The notes below the pieces were generated by a model. That model was not told where the DNA came from, searched no databases, and saw only the letters and a program-made list of their open reading frames with translations. A DNA stretch of 63,379 nt, filler included, from Asterionella formosa (Eukaryota): assembly GCA_002256025.1 (NCBI GenBank). It is 11 parts of 11 records of this genome, joined end to end, with 100 filler letters (N's around TTAATTAATTAA, not from the genome) between each part and the next. Parts side by side here need not be neighbours in the genome. Positions count along the whole stretch, not along the records: positions 1 to 24,545 come from NKIB01002229.1; 10 more parts are not named here. One strand, 5' to 3'. Within the stretch, counting starts at the first letter, position 1. Each line of letters begins with the position of its first letter. The position numbers and the translations under genes were made by a program. Below are positions 12,268 to 23,068 of the stretch, one piece after another.

Positions 12268-13380
12268 ATGCTGCCTCGAATGAGTTGCCTGGTCGTTGGC
12301 CTATTGGCGTTTACCGACATTCACGGTACTGCCGCCTTTGTTTCGCCAAGGGCTTCTCATTGCAAGCAATCACTCTGTTCTACAGAAACTAGCAACGACA
12401 TGGCCAAGACATCGAATCCGCCTTCGACAGATTGGGAAATAGACTGTTATTCCCGGCCGGTCATGGTGGATGGCAAGAAACTTTGGGAAGTTTTGATAAC
12501 TGATTCATCCAATAGCTTTCGGTACTCGAAGGTGCTGCCTTCAAACGCAGTCAATTCTCGGGAATTGAGAAAGGTCGTTGAAAGTGTAATGGACGTGGCC
12601 GAAGTCAAACCCAACACAATCCGCTTCTTTCGGGGTGCCATGTTTAATATGGTACGTTTCTTTATATTTGTTAGTGTCATCGATACTACTGTTGTTTGAC
12701 CCTCACCCTCACCCTTCACATTCACAAACAACCAATTTACGGGCACATTGACCTTACTCTAGATCAACATTGCACTAGCAGATTTGGAAGTTATTGGACG
12801 ACCCTCGCGCTGTACATTTTCCCTTGCTCAATGGCTAGAAGAACGCCATACTAATGTTTACCCCAAAATGGAAGGATACAAGCCCTCCATGGTGGGCGGC
12901 GGGTCTGGTCCTGCTTTCCTAGATGTCCGAACACCTGTTAAACTTCCCGATGCGTTGCGAGGTGAAAAGTACGCATTTGTGGCTCTTCCATTGGCCGAAT
13001 TTAAAGAGGGTGGTAGCATTTCTGGATCTAACATTGGAATGGGGCGTTTGTGCCAAGTTCCCCCAGATCTACCAGCTGATGCCTTTGTTCAAGGTGTTGT
13101 GATTTTGACTTCGCGAGCAAAGGCACTTGCATCGTGGTTAGCTGGGACGGAAGTGGCGGGTTTGACGGCAGATTTGCGAAAGAGGAATTTAGTCATGGAA
13201 ACAGACATTGATACTCAATACTTAATGGCAAAACTGAACGAAGAGCAACGAAAAGAAGGTGCTGCGTTTGAGGAAGGAAAGGAAGCCCTCGGTGGACTGC
13301 ACTTTGTATGCGTTCAAAAAGGCGAAGACGATGATCCAGCGGGCTTTTGGCTGCTGAGAGAGCTTCCGACAGGAATTTAA
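12268..13380 (+). CDS. TAB2: Tab2/ATAB2 family plastid RNA-binding protein (DUF1092); exons 12268-12651 and 12763-13380
   Basis: WEIDCYSRPV..GKKLWEVLITD, IRFFRG.MFNM and LPDALRGEKYAFVALP are family motifs. A 111-bp GT..AG intron (12652-12762) joins the two ORFs in frame. Signal peptide plus AAF cleavage motif typical of diatom bipartite plastid leaders. Confidence 0.9.
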
Positions 13381-13620
13381 CGGTTTATTAAACAATAGAG
13401 ATATCTTTTCAATTAGGCTAAAATAGCGCACCAAGCGAACAATAGGAAAGCGCAGATGCTGCGAAACGTAATCATCTTCCCGATAGGAAACTCTACAACG
13501 AGTGCGTAAAAACGGGCGTAAGAGATGATGCAATTATGGTCTCCGTCAGTTTCTATCTGTCGACCAACGTGAGCTGTTGACGTCTGAAATGGGCTTATAT
13601 TTATGTTTTCACATGGGTTC

Positions 13621-16600
13621 TTACAATGATATCAGCACTCCAGGTTTCGGAATTGCTACTTCCATAGGGAAACTGTGGGTATCACATGTTTCCATTCGCA
13701 GCTCACGCATCTCGGCTACCATTTCATTTTTCACGGTTTTAAATTTTTTGATCTTTCCCATGTTGACACATTCCAAATCCGGCAGAGCCCCGCAAATCGA
13801 TTGAAAAGTAGTATTGAATTGATCCAAGCTCAAATCCTTGAGGGAACAACCAATTGCCACCGCTAGAAGGCGCTCTTTTATTGCGAGGAGATTCCACCTA
13901 TGAAACGGTCCTGCCAAGGCAAGCACAGCGGATGGCGAGGAGCCGACAAGTTTTCGAACTTGTTGGTAGACTGCATAACCATCTCTCATCTGCTTCTGCG
14001 GATAATCGAACGCAAGACCGGCCGAAGAAAAATGAGATTCACCCTCGCCGGATACCCCAGTTGTCTCCTTAAAGTGAGTGATCTTCCCCGCGCGTCGAGT
14101 TCCCCTGTCGCCTTTGGATCGCTCTTCCCACCGAACTACTTTATGGGAATCGTAACCATGGAATTCGAGCAGAAGCTCAATTTTGGTCTCAAATAAGTCA
14201 AAAGCAGGCCTGATATTGGCTTCTTCAAAGCAAGGCATGCTGTCTGCTCTATCGTTATATCCAAGATGGAGATAGCCAGTGCCGAATACCTCCTTTAGTT
14301 CATACAATACGGATGATACAACAGACAAAAAGGTCGCATCATTAACATTGACAGAAAGGGAAGGAAATTCTTTCAGGCTTTCATCGCACATGGTCATGGG
14401 ACAAGGCGTGTTATAGCCAGCCTGAACCCATCCACCAGCTCGCGTGGACAAGGATATTTCCGGCATTATCATGATTCCTCGTTGTTTGGCGTACTCGTTG
14501 ATCTCCTTTAAAGTCGTGGTGTTGTATCGATCGTCTACTGGGATAGTAGCAAGCTCAGGATGTGCGTCGAAAGCGACAGCAAAGGCCATTTCATTCATGA
14601 TTCGCAATTGAAGCATGTTAAAACCCAACAAAAACATGAAGTCAATGATGGACTTTAAAATGATGAGAGAAGAGGTATTCGTGGTACCGTGGCCTCTGGT
14701 GATATCCAGCACAATTCCTGTATAGGAAACATTATCATGACCCCGAATGCGTTTGATTGCTAGGGGGATATCTATAGGAGGTAACTTTAACGGATTGACC
14801 TTTGTAGCAATTTCCTCGCCAAAATGTTCCCAAAAGTTGTTTACGACACCAGGCATGACGTTGTATCGAGCAACTTGTGCCGCCGTATTCTTATGCACAC
14901 GAACAGTACTTGTATCAGTAAGGCGTGTGCAAAGATTAAGCCGCCATTGAGAAGTAAACGAATTCCACAGGAAATTCCTCCAATAATCCCATGTCACAGG
15001 AGGAACACCATAGAGCATGCACTGTCTAGCGGGTAGCTTGAGAAATGTGCAAAGCTCCATGTACTTGGCGTCGAAACTCAATTTGTCGTCAAACCCAAAC
15101 TCCAACTCAGAAGCCCCCATTGCAACCGACAATAAGCGACCTAGAATATTGCGATCATTCCAATCATCTGGGCCTAGCTCAAAAGTTCCTGCAACAACAC
15201 CGATCGGTGTCTTGTGGTGTCGAGCAATTTTCACAGTTTGACCGAAAATAAAAAAAGCATCCTCCATCTGGTTCGTATCGAAGTACAGCCCTTTGGAGAC
15301 AAATACATTCGGTTCTGTCCAATTATGCGTTGTGTCATGAAATCGCAGACTTTCCCACCAATGCACTACCTTGCCAACTCGATTCGTTGGCGGATGTCCT
15401 GATGTTTCCCAACGAACAATATATTTCTCGTCAATTCCAAGATCCAATACAACATCTCTCAATTTATCTTCAAAAATAGTATAGTTATCCATAGGCTTAC
15501 CAAGTTCTCCGAAGCATTCCGAGCTCATATGCAATTCATCGCCACCAAGGTGGAGGTAGGGGGATGTGTGAAATATAGAACGTGTTTCATTAACAATATC
15601 TCTCAACATGTCATACAACCCCAAATGGCTCATGTTTAAGGGGATTCCATACCCCTTGGAGCAAATGAAATTGGCACAGGGCACAACAACATATGGTATT
15701 TCTCCTGCCCAACCACCTGCGTGTCCTGGCATGTTGATCTCCGGCATAATAGTGATATTTCTCTTCTTCGCGTAATTGACCAAATATCGCAATTCGTCGG
15801 TTGTATATACTCTATTATTATCAGGTGCATTCCAAGCCGCTGTCGCCAATTTAGGATGTGAATCAAATCGTACGTTGAATGCTTGATCATCCGTTAGTCG
15901 AAAATGCAGGAGATTGTAATTCATAAGATGAAGAATATCAATCAAATTTTTGATCCACTTGACAGGGTACCAGTGCCGTCCGGCATCGAGCAAGACTCCC
16001 AAGTATCGAATTTTCTTGGGATAAATAGGTAGCCGTTGCATATCGTCTGGCAACGATGTTTTGAGATAATCAGGGAAAATGGCACAGTCGTCTTCTACTA
16101 TCGTCAGGTGAAGTGTGTCACAAGTTTCGGCTTTGTATACCATATCACCGTTGATAGTGACTTCCGGAAAATTAACATTTCTCATATCAGACAATTCAAC
16201 GATTCCTATTGTTTGCGTGTCCTGGTTTTCCATTGCGCTACCGTCTTGTTCTACTTCTCCTCGTCTACCTGTTTCTCCTTCTTCGTCTCCTCTTCTTCCT
16301 TCATCACCTTCTCCATTTTCATTCCCCAATTGAAATGTTTCGATTTCAAGAATGGGATTGCTCTGCGGTGAAGGCTTCGATTCCTCGGGGTGGTCATCTT
16401 GTGGGTGATTAACTATCACGTTATGCTCCACCCAAGATCCTTCCGTAGCCTTGGGCTGTTCCAGTTCCATTTGTTGCTGTTGTTGTTCTTGTTGTGCGAA
16501 ATCAACTTCTTCCATTAATTGCCGGTGACTCCATGGTTCTGCTTTCTCGTCGCTCGATACTCTGAATGAAACCGATGCATCGAGCACATCCGATTGAAAC

Positions 16601-16695
16601 ACGAATCTTCCAAAGCTAAAGACCATGAATGCAAGGAGCGACAGACTATAAACAATCATAAATGCTGTATTTCGATGGCTGATGGCGGATATCAT
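13621..16695 (-). CDS. Membrane-anchored protein with two tandem GH20 (beta-N-acetylhexosaminidase-like) domains, paralog A
   Basis: N-terminal hydrophobic helix. Domain 1 has GVLLDAGRH, HFRLTDDQAF, PEINMPGH and HLGGDE. Domain 2 has GIVLDITR, PEISLSTR and HLGYNDR. First ATG at 16695. Confidence 0.88.
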   Translation of the reverse strand: MISAISHRNTAFMIVYSLSLLAFMVFSFGRFVFQSDVLDASVSFRVSSDEKAEPWSHRQLMEEVDFAQQEQQQQQMELEQPKATEGSWVEHNVIVNHPQDDHPEESKPSPQSNPILEIETFQLGNENGEGDEGRRGDEEGETGRRGEVEQDGSAMENQDTQTIGIVELSDMRNVNFPEVTINGDMVYKAETCDTLHLTIVEDDCAIFPDYLKTSLPDDMQRLPIYPKKIRYLGVLLDAGRHWYPVKWIKNLIDILHLMNYNLLHFRLTDDQAFNVRFDSHPKLATAAWNAPDNNRVYTTDELRYLVNYAKKRNITIMPEINMPGHAGGWAGEIPYVVVPCANFICSKGYGIPLNMSHLGLYDMLRDIVNETRSIFHTSPYLHLGGDELHMSSECFGELGKPMDNYTIFEDKLRDVVLDLGIDEKYIVRWETSGHPPTNRVGKVVHWWESLRFHDTTHNWTEPNVFVSKGLYFDTNQMEDAFFIFGQTVKIARHHKTPIGVVAGTFELGPDDWNDRNILGRLLSVAMGASELEFGFDDKLSFDAKYMELCTFLKLPARQCMLYGVPPVTWDYWRNFLWNSFTSQWRLNLCTRLTDTSTVRVHKNTAAQVARYNVMPGVVNNFWEHFGEEIATKVNPLKLPPIDIPLAIKRIRGHDNVSYTGIVLDITRGHGTTNTSSLIILKSIIDFMFLLGFNMLQLRIMNEMAFAVAFDAHPELATIPVDDRYNTTTLKEINEYAKQRGIMIMPEISLSTRAGGWVQAGYNTPCPMTMCDESLKEFPSLSVNVNDATFLSVVSSVLYELKEVFGTGYLHLGYNDRADSMPCFEEANIRPAFDLFETKIELLLEFHGYDSHKVVRWEERSKGDRGTRRAGKITHFKETTGVSGEGESHFSSAGLAFDYPQKQMRDGYAVYQQVRKLVGSSPSAVLALAGPFHRWNLLAIKERLLAVAIGCSLKDLSLDQFNTTFQSICGALPDLECVNMGKIKKFKTVKNEMVAEMRELRMETCDTHSFPMEVAIPKPGVLISL

Positions 16696-17659
16696 GATGT
16701 ATCTTCGTATGTGCACAATACATCACTCAGCTTATAGTATTGCATTGATCAAATAGTAACAGCGCTTGTGTTAGAGGATGAAGAATCAAAAGGGACCATG
16801 TATGCTCATTAGACAAAAGTAAGTTTTGACCCCCCAACTCTTGCTGTCATTGGCTACATAATGTACCAGTACCAGGTTTTGTACCGCTGGGCGGAACACG
16901 AAAACCCGAAAGTTCGAATCACGAATATACAATACTCTATTTGACATTTGTTCGTGTACTGCAGTCGTCAGTAATATCTTTATATTTATTTTAGAATTTA
17001 TTATACCGTGCGGACAGGAAAATAGTATCCAGTAGTAACCTGGTATCTGGTACCAGGTACTGTGATTCATAATATATATCATACCGGTATACAGTATAAT
17101 AGGAGCACACATAATGACCAGTCGCTTGCTCCTTGGTACCTGGTAGTCTCCGGTTGTTTCATGCAAAATGATGCAAGTACGAATATGAACAGAGATATAA
17201 CAGTACATCAATCATTCATCATGCATAATATTCATACGCAGTTACTGAATATATTTATATGTACGTTCATTTTTGATATATTATTATTTTAGTACATAAG
17301 GCAACATGATGGATGGCACGACGACATCACACACAGAACGCACATCAAAATGAGCGACAAGCACGACGAACAAGCGCGAAAAAGTGAAGCTTTCATGTAC
17401 TCCGAGTGTTTTTGTACTGTATGTATATAGATCGCTATCGATCACTCCAATTGAAATCACCGCTGTCGTGGAACGCATGAGTTGAACGCCACCCATCTGA
17501 GTCTGTCAGTGTTTGCATACCAAATTCATTCGATGCTATGCATAGTATTTGGCTATATTCAATCGCTTCTTTATCAGTTATCAAAATCAAGGCCGCCTCA
17601 GCGCAATAACAATAACTTGAACACACAAATTCTCCACGGAGTTTGTTGTAAACGAAGAT

Positions 17660-19147
17660 ATGTTTTCCTTCCTCGGATCCAAGTCGACAAGTACCGTCTT
17701 GTTTGAGGAAACCACCATGCATCAAGACAACCTGCTCAACGAATTTATTCAATTTGATGAAAATCTCTCAGTGAAGTCTGACACTGTCGCTGTCACTGTC
17801 ACTTGTGAGCTCATCCCTCGGTCATCCGTATTGGAAAACACCAGTAATCTCCGCCGCTCAGCTTCGGATCCCATGATTTACACGTACTTCGACAACAATT
17901 CGGACGAGCTCTCCCTCCACCCTTCCGAGGTGGATAGTCTGATCATTGAACAGGAATCGGATTCGGTGGAATACGATCGTGTCGACCAAAACATGTCTCC
18001 AACTCCTCGCCACACAACCGACTCTTTCGTCAGCGTTGGAGCCTTGATGGCTAAAACCCAATTTCCTTTACTTGAAGTTATCGTCCCTGCCAGCACGGTC
18101 GACAACGACCCAGCCAGTCGGTCGGTCCTTTCGGCACTTTTTCGAATTCTTCGATTGACTCTAGCTGGTACTGGATTGACATTGCAACTCTTACTTCAAA
18201 CTATTGAGCTATCTTTTCGCGTTGCTAAGTGGTTTCTTTTCCTGGCTTTCAATATTTCTAAATTCCTGTTCACATGTCACCTCGCGCAACTTGCGTTTGG
18301 GATAACTGCTTTGGTTGCAATATTGGGCACGAGCGATTTTGCGTTCATGTTTGGGAGCAGGGATTATTCGGTTTGTGAACAGAACGCAATCTCTCCTCCT
18401 CTTTCCGATTGTTCGATACCTGTGTTTGAGGAACATGCCAGCATTCAAATCCAAGTCGAAACTGACTTGATTTCGTTTGCTGTGGCAACGTTTCAATCTC
18501 TCGTATCTACCGCCAGAGGAGGAGGATTTATAGAACATTATCTTGGGCCTGATGTGCAACTCCATCTTGTTGTGCCACAGCTCATTGAAACTGCTTTCTT
18601 CTTCAGCGGGGCCATGGCGTTTTGTCTTTTTGTTGTCACTAAACTTCGCAACGGCTGCAAGGTTCCAGCCGTCAAGCATTCTACGTCCAAGGCAACAACC
18701 ACGAGTATTGACTATTGCAGTCCCTTAAATTTCTCCGCTTTGTCCGAACTCGAATCTCAGCTTTTGTGTCTAGGATGCGACAAATCGGCTGATCACAATG
18801 ACCAAATCAGATGTTTGATAAAAGTACGCATGGAACTGTACAATGCCATGAAGCGAGATGACCTACGTGTCATTCTCAAGGACCATGGCATGAGCCCTAG
18901 TGGTTTGAAGAAGGACTTGGCAAAGCGACTTGCAGAGCAATGGAGTCTTGTTCCACTTCCTTTATCCAAGAAGGAAATGGCGAAATCTTTGATCGGTACG
19001 CGCCGTCAATTGTTTGGGGAATGTAAAGCAAATGACCTTCAGCAGCTTCTCAAGGCGCACGGCATGAGCCCGTCGGGAAACAAGTTGGAACTGATTCAGC
19101 GCCTTGCAGAATCATATGGCACTGTTGATGTCCCAAAGACTTGTTGA
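17660..19147 (+). CDS. Membrane protein with two C-terminal SAP domains (495 aa)
   Basis: MKRDDLRVILKDHGMSPSGLKKDLAKRL and CKANDLQQLLKAHGMSPSGNKLELIQRL fit the SAP consensus. Hydrophobic segments lie at about aa 190-230 and 310-328. Confidence 0.8.
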   Translation: MFSFLGSKSTSTVLFEETTMHQDNLLNEFIQFDENLSVKSDTVAVTVTCELIPRSSVLENTSNLRRSASDPMIYTYFDNNSDELSLHPSEVDSLIIEQESDSVEYDRVDQNMSPTPRHTTDSFVSVGALMAKTQFPLLEVIVPASTVDNDPASRSVLSALFRILRLTLAGTGLTLQLLLQTIELSFRVAKWFLFLAFNISKFLFTCHLAQLAFGITALVAILGTSDFAFMFGSRDYSVCEQNAISPPLSDCSIPVFEEHASIQIQVETDLISFAVATFQSLVSTARGGGFIEHYLGPDVQLHLVVPQLIETAFFFSGAMAFCLFVVTKLRNGCKVPAVKHSTSKATTTSIDYCSPLNFSALSELESQLLCLGCDKSADHNDQIRCLIKVRMELYNAMKRDDLRVILKDHGMSPSGLKKDLAKRLAEQWSLVPLPLSKKEMAKSLIGTRRQLFGECKANDLQQLLKAHGMSPSGNKLELIQRLAESYGTVDVPKTC

Positions 19148-19197
19148 GAAATACGATAATTCTTTAGGCATATAGATTGACATTATATTCAATTCCA

Positions 19198-22100
19198 TTA
19201 CAGTTCATCATGAACATCGTTCAGTGCAAATCCTGGACTTGGGAGAATCTTGACTAATTGGGTAGTTCTGATCGCGCAAGAAGCAGCGAGGCGTACTTGA
19301 TGTTCGTACCGCAAAACACTTCTTGCCTTATCTGGCTGCCACACTTTCCCGAAATCGGAACAGACTGCCTTATCCTTGAATTCTTCACAAGCAGTGAAGT
19401 AAGATTCAGTGAATGTTTCTTCGTCGGTGTATGTTTCGTCCGAAGCTCCCATTGCCACGGCAACTAGGCGACCCATGGTGTTGGTAAATTCCCAATTTGC
19501 ATTGAACATGGATCCAACCCATGCGAGAATGGCGCGCGGTTTGCCCTTTTTAAGCTTTCGAGTGTGCTGATACAAATCCCATGCATCTTTTAAATCAGAA
19601 TCGGGATCTTCCATTACAAGTTTTGTTGAAGTAAAGTGGGATGATGGGATACTTTGGTTATGGTTATCGCCACGATAGTGTGTGATTTGGCCCGCTCGAC
19701 CTTCGTACACCAAGCCTTCATTATTCTCCCACCTGACAACCTTGTCAAGCGGAATTTTCATGTGATTCAAAAGGAACTTGAGTTTCTGCTCGAACCGTCC
19801 GAGGTTGGGCGATACATTGGCTTCGTCATAGCAACGCTGTCCCTCTTTTCGTTCGTCATAGCCAAGATGAATATATTCAGTTGTACGAAAGATACTCCTC
19901 AGCTCACTTATTGTAGTAAAAACCGCCGACATAAATAATGGATTGCTCACATCAGTCGTAACACCGTATCCTTGTTTACACAGCGTCACTGCACAAGGCG
20001 TCAACATATCAGTTTCAAACCAGCCACCGGATCTGGTGGACAAACTTATCTCTGGAACAATTTCAATCCCTCGTCTGAAAGCATATGCAACCAAGTCTCG
20101 AAGAACTTTTTCATTATATGGTTCGTAAAAATCTTTTCCGACAATATTCCACGCAAGGGTGGACGTGTAAAACTGAGTTGAAACTCCAAATGCAAACCCG
20201 TATTCATTCAAGAGTCTAAGCTGCAGCATATTCATACCAAGCTTAGCCATAATGTCAATGATGTCCTTCAAGCGTTCCATTCGCCCTGTACTGTAGCTTC
20301 CATCACGGACCAAATCAATGATAATGCCCGTGTAGTTTACTCTGGTGTGAGGAAAGGCTGTACCTTCCGTGATAGTACTTTCGACTGCCATTCGTGGAGG
20401 AGGATCCAGTCCAAATTGGTTCCAAAATCTGAATGCTCCTTTCATCGACACATCAGCCACTCGTCCGTAGTTCTTCACAATCTCGGGAATAACAGCACTA
20501 TACGTCAATCGATCACAAAGCTTGTTTCTCCAACTCGTCGTCACGTCCTGCCATGTCGCCTTATATAAAATTTCAGGCATGATTGGTATTCCATACCTCC
20601 GGCAGATACTTTCCGGTAGGTCAATTAATCTGCAATAATAATAGTAGTACTCAGCAAAGTTCTTTCGCGTATATGTCATATTCGATGCTCCCATGGCGAC
20701 AGCTACTAAGCGACCCATGACATTGCGGTCCAACCAAAAATCAGGATCGAGCTCAAATGTTCCAGCAATCACAGCAAGAGGCTCATACATAGGATCAACT
20801 ACCAACCTCTTTGTGTTTTCATAGACGTGCCAACCCGATTCTTGTGTATTGGTGTCAAAGTAGAGCCCTTGAGAGACAAAGAGAGGGGCGATCTTGGTCA
20901 AATTGGGGTTGTTGTCAAGCTCGCGTTTTAGCTTATCTTTGGCACGTTCACCTTTCTTCACATATGATTCAGGCTCTCCCATGTAATTGGTAGAAAACCA
21001 ATAATGAGGTATCATTCCGACTCGATTTCGGACATCTTTCTGACCCGTCATTTCCCACCTTACAACTCTGGTTTGCGGAATTCTCAGGGCCTCCAGAATA
21101 CCAGCAAGACGTACTTCGAAAATGTTATAATCCATCATTACCTGTTCAACATCATCAAAGCATGGCTTCGCCATTTCCACCTCATCTCCGCCCAAGTGTA
21201 TGTATGGAGAGGTTGAGAAGATACTTATCACCTCCTTAAGAATGTCTTTAAGGATGTCATAAATCCTAGGGTAACTGATATTCAGCGGCAGTCCATAGCC
21301 ATGACTGCAAACAAATGGAGCACATGGAACAACCAAACCAGGCGTTCGACCAGCCCAGCCTCCAGCATGCCCAGGGATATTGATTTCAGGCATAAGTATG
21401 ATCCCTCGGTCTGAGGCATACGTGACCAACTGTCGTAGTTCATCAGGAGTGTATACCGTCGTATTAGTCGGTGCGTTCCAAGCTGCCTGTGCCAGTTCCG
21501 GGTGGCTGTGAAGCAAAATATTAAACGCTTGGTCGTCTGTGAGGCGAAAGTGAACTAGATTGAAATTCAATTGTTCCAAGACATCGATCATGTTACGCAA
21601 CCATGGCAACGGAAAATATGATCGCCCTGCATCCAAGAGAACTCCCAAGTGCTGAATGGACGGATTAAATGGCAGCTTCGATTTCTTCGTATTATTGGAC
21701 GGCTCAAGCAGTGGATCCGTGTAGTAGCTCCTTATTTCCGTAATTTTGGCTTGAAAATCCTCTGATTCGGTGCCAGCTTGCACTAACTTATCGAATGTTA
21801 AGTCTACCGCCGGCATAGCATAGACATGTCTAGTGTCTGGGTCGACAAACGAACCAACAATAACTGATTTATTGTTTTCCTGCAGATAAATCGTTAGGTT
21901 GACTTCCCGCATGCCGGAGGGGGCAGGTTGACCCATAAAGTCCAGCAATGGTTCCAACCAAGTTGACTTGCCCAAGACGAACCGGCGCAAGTTGAAATGT
22001 GTTGTATTCGTCAAAAGTGAAATATGAATGTCGTCGGGAAGGAATCCGATCGCCATTTTCTCCACATCAATGCCAACCAATCTTTCCAGACTTTCCTTGG

Positions 22101-22305
22101 TGACTTTGTGCATGAGAATCCCCATGGAAGTCAAGCAGAGCATTAGAGCGCAAGCGACGAAGCTGAGAATTCGCTGATTGACTAAGCGCTGTTTCTTGGA
22201 GGGTACCATGGAAGGCGCCAATGATGGGCTACTTCTACCGATAGCTTTTCGGGAGCGCATTGCTGAAGATGTTTGTTTTATGATGTTCGTTTCGCTTCGC
22301 TTCAT
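19198..22305 (-). CDS. Membrane-anchored protein with two tandem GH20 domains, paralog B (1035 aa)
   Basis: Basic N-tail plus TM helix (RILSFVACALMLCLTSMGILM). Domain 1 has GVLLDAGRS, HFRLTDDQAF, PEINIPGH and HLGGDE. Domain 2 has GIIIDLVR, PEISLSTR and HLGYDER. Confidence 0.88.
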   Translation of the reverse strand: MKRSETNIIKQTSSAMRSRKAIGRSSPSLAPSMVPSKKQRLVNQRILSFVACALMLCLTSMGILMHKVTKESLERLVGIDVEKMAIGFLPDDIHISLLTNTTHFNLRRFVLGKSTWLEPLLDFMGQPAPSGMREVNLTIYLQENNKSVIVGSFVDPDTRHVYAMPAVDLTFDKLVQAGTESEDFQAKITEIRSYYTDPLLEPSNNTKKSKLPFNPSIQHLGVLLDAGRSYFPLPWLRNMIDVLEQLNFNLVHFRLTDDQAFNILLHSHPELAQAAWNAPTNTTVYTPDELRQLVTYASDRGIILMPEINIPGHAGGWAGRTPGLVVPCAPFVCSHGYGLPLNISYPRIYDILKDILKEVISIFSTSPYIHLGGDEVEMAKPCFDDVEQVMMDYNIFEVRLAGILEALRIPQTRVVRWEMTGQKDVRNRVGMIPHYWFSTNYMGEPESYVKKGERAKDKLKRELDNNPNLTKIAPLFVSQGLYFDTNTQESGWHVYENTKRLVVDPMYEPLAVIAGTFELDPDFWLDRNVMGRLVAVAMGASNMTYTRKNFAEYYYYYCRLIDLPESICRRYGIPIMPEILYKATWQDVTTSWRNKLCDRLTYSAVIPEIVKNYGRVADVSMKGAFRFWNQFGLDPPPRMAVESTITEGTAFPHTRVNYTGIIIDLVRDGSYSTGRMERLKDIIDIMAKLGMNMLQLRLLNEYGFAFGVSTQFYTSTLAWNIVGKDFYEPYNEKVLRDLVAYAFRRGIEIVPEISLSTRSGGWFETDMLTPCAVTLCKQGYGVTTDVSNPLFMSAVFTTISELRSIFRTTEYIHLGYDERKEGQRCYDEANVSPNLGRFEQKLKFLLNHMKIPLDKVVRWENNEGLVYEGRAGQITHYRGDNHNQSIPSSHFTSTKLVMEDPDSDLKDAWDLYQHTRKLKKGKPRAILAWVGSMFNANWEFTNTMGRLVAVAMGASDETYTDEETFTESYFTACEEFKDKAVCSDFGKVWQPDKARSVLRYEHQVRLAASCAIRTTQLVKILPSPGFALNDVHDEL

Positions 22306-22549
22306 GGCTGAAATGGTGGATGTTGGACGGTAATTCTTGAGAGTGAGGAATGCCGAAAATGTTGTATACCGGTATATTGCTGCCTAGCCACGTAGTTTAG
22401 CTACCGGTAGGATCAACCATAAATCAGTTTTTGAGTATACTTTTGGTACCGGGCCTACTTGTCATGAATCTGTTTTGAGCCATGTGATTGTCAGTCATGC
22501 ATGCAAGGGCCCAGCATTATCTCAATGATCATAACAAAATATAAAAAGT

Positions 22550-23068
22550 TGTAACACGCTCAGCGACTAACCCGGCTCGATCCACGTCCTTCAAAGAACC
22601 CCTCTGTAAAAGCAATATGCAACTTCTACGCGAGACGATGCAGGCTACAAGTAAGTTGGTTAGATTAGTATAGAGTATAACACTAAATAAAATGATAATC
22701 TGTTTTAAAGCCCATTTGTACTCCCCTTTTCAAGGCAAGTACTGGTACTCATTGTGCTGCCTGCTGCTGACAAGACCTGAGCTTCCCTAGTTTTGTTAGC
22801 ATAGGTGATTCCCCAACTACCTTTCACGAAAGGTGATCATCTTAGCCACAGCGTTAGGGGAAACTCCGACCGCCTAGGAAGGCGAGACAAGCTGCTTGTA
22901 GTGGGGAAACCCACTATTTCTTGCACACCAGGCAAGACCCTGTGGGACAGTAAGGAGTGTGGGAGTCGAACCCAACAATTGCTTGCTGCTCAAAAAAATT
23001 GCGGGAATCGAACCACACAACTTCAGATCAAAGGCAACGTGCTCAACCAACTTCCATAAGCCATTACA
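22550..23068. mobile_element. Putative LTR-like segment containing tRNA-like Pol III boxes
   Basis: TGTAA...TTACA inverted ends; two GGTTCGANTCCC B-boxes on the minus strand; short hairpins. No target-site duplication seen. Confidence 0.4.

Noticed and set aside
22780..22920. Hammerhead ribozyme
   Set aside because: Hairpins and GAAA are present but no CUGANGA core in the right place.
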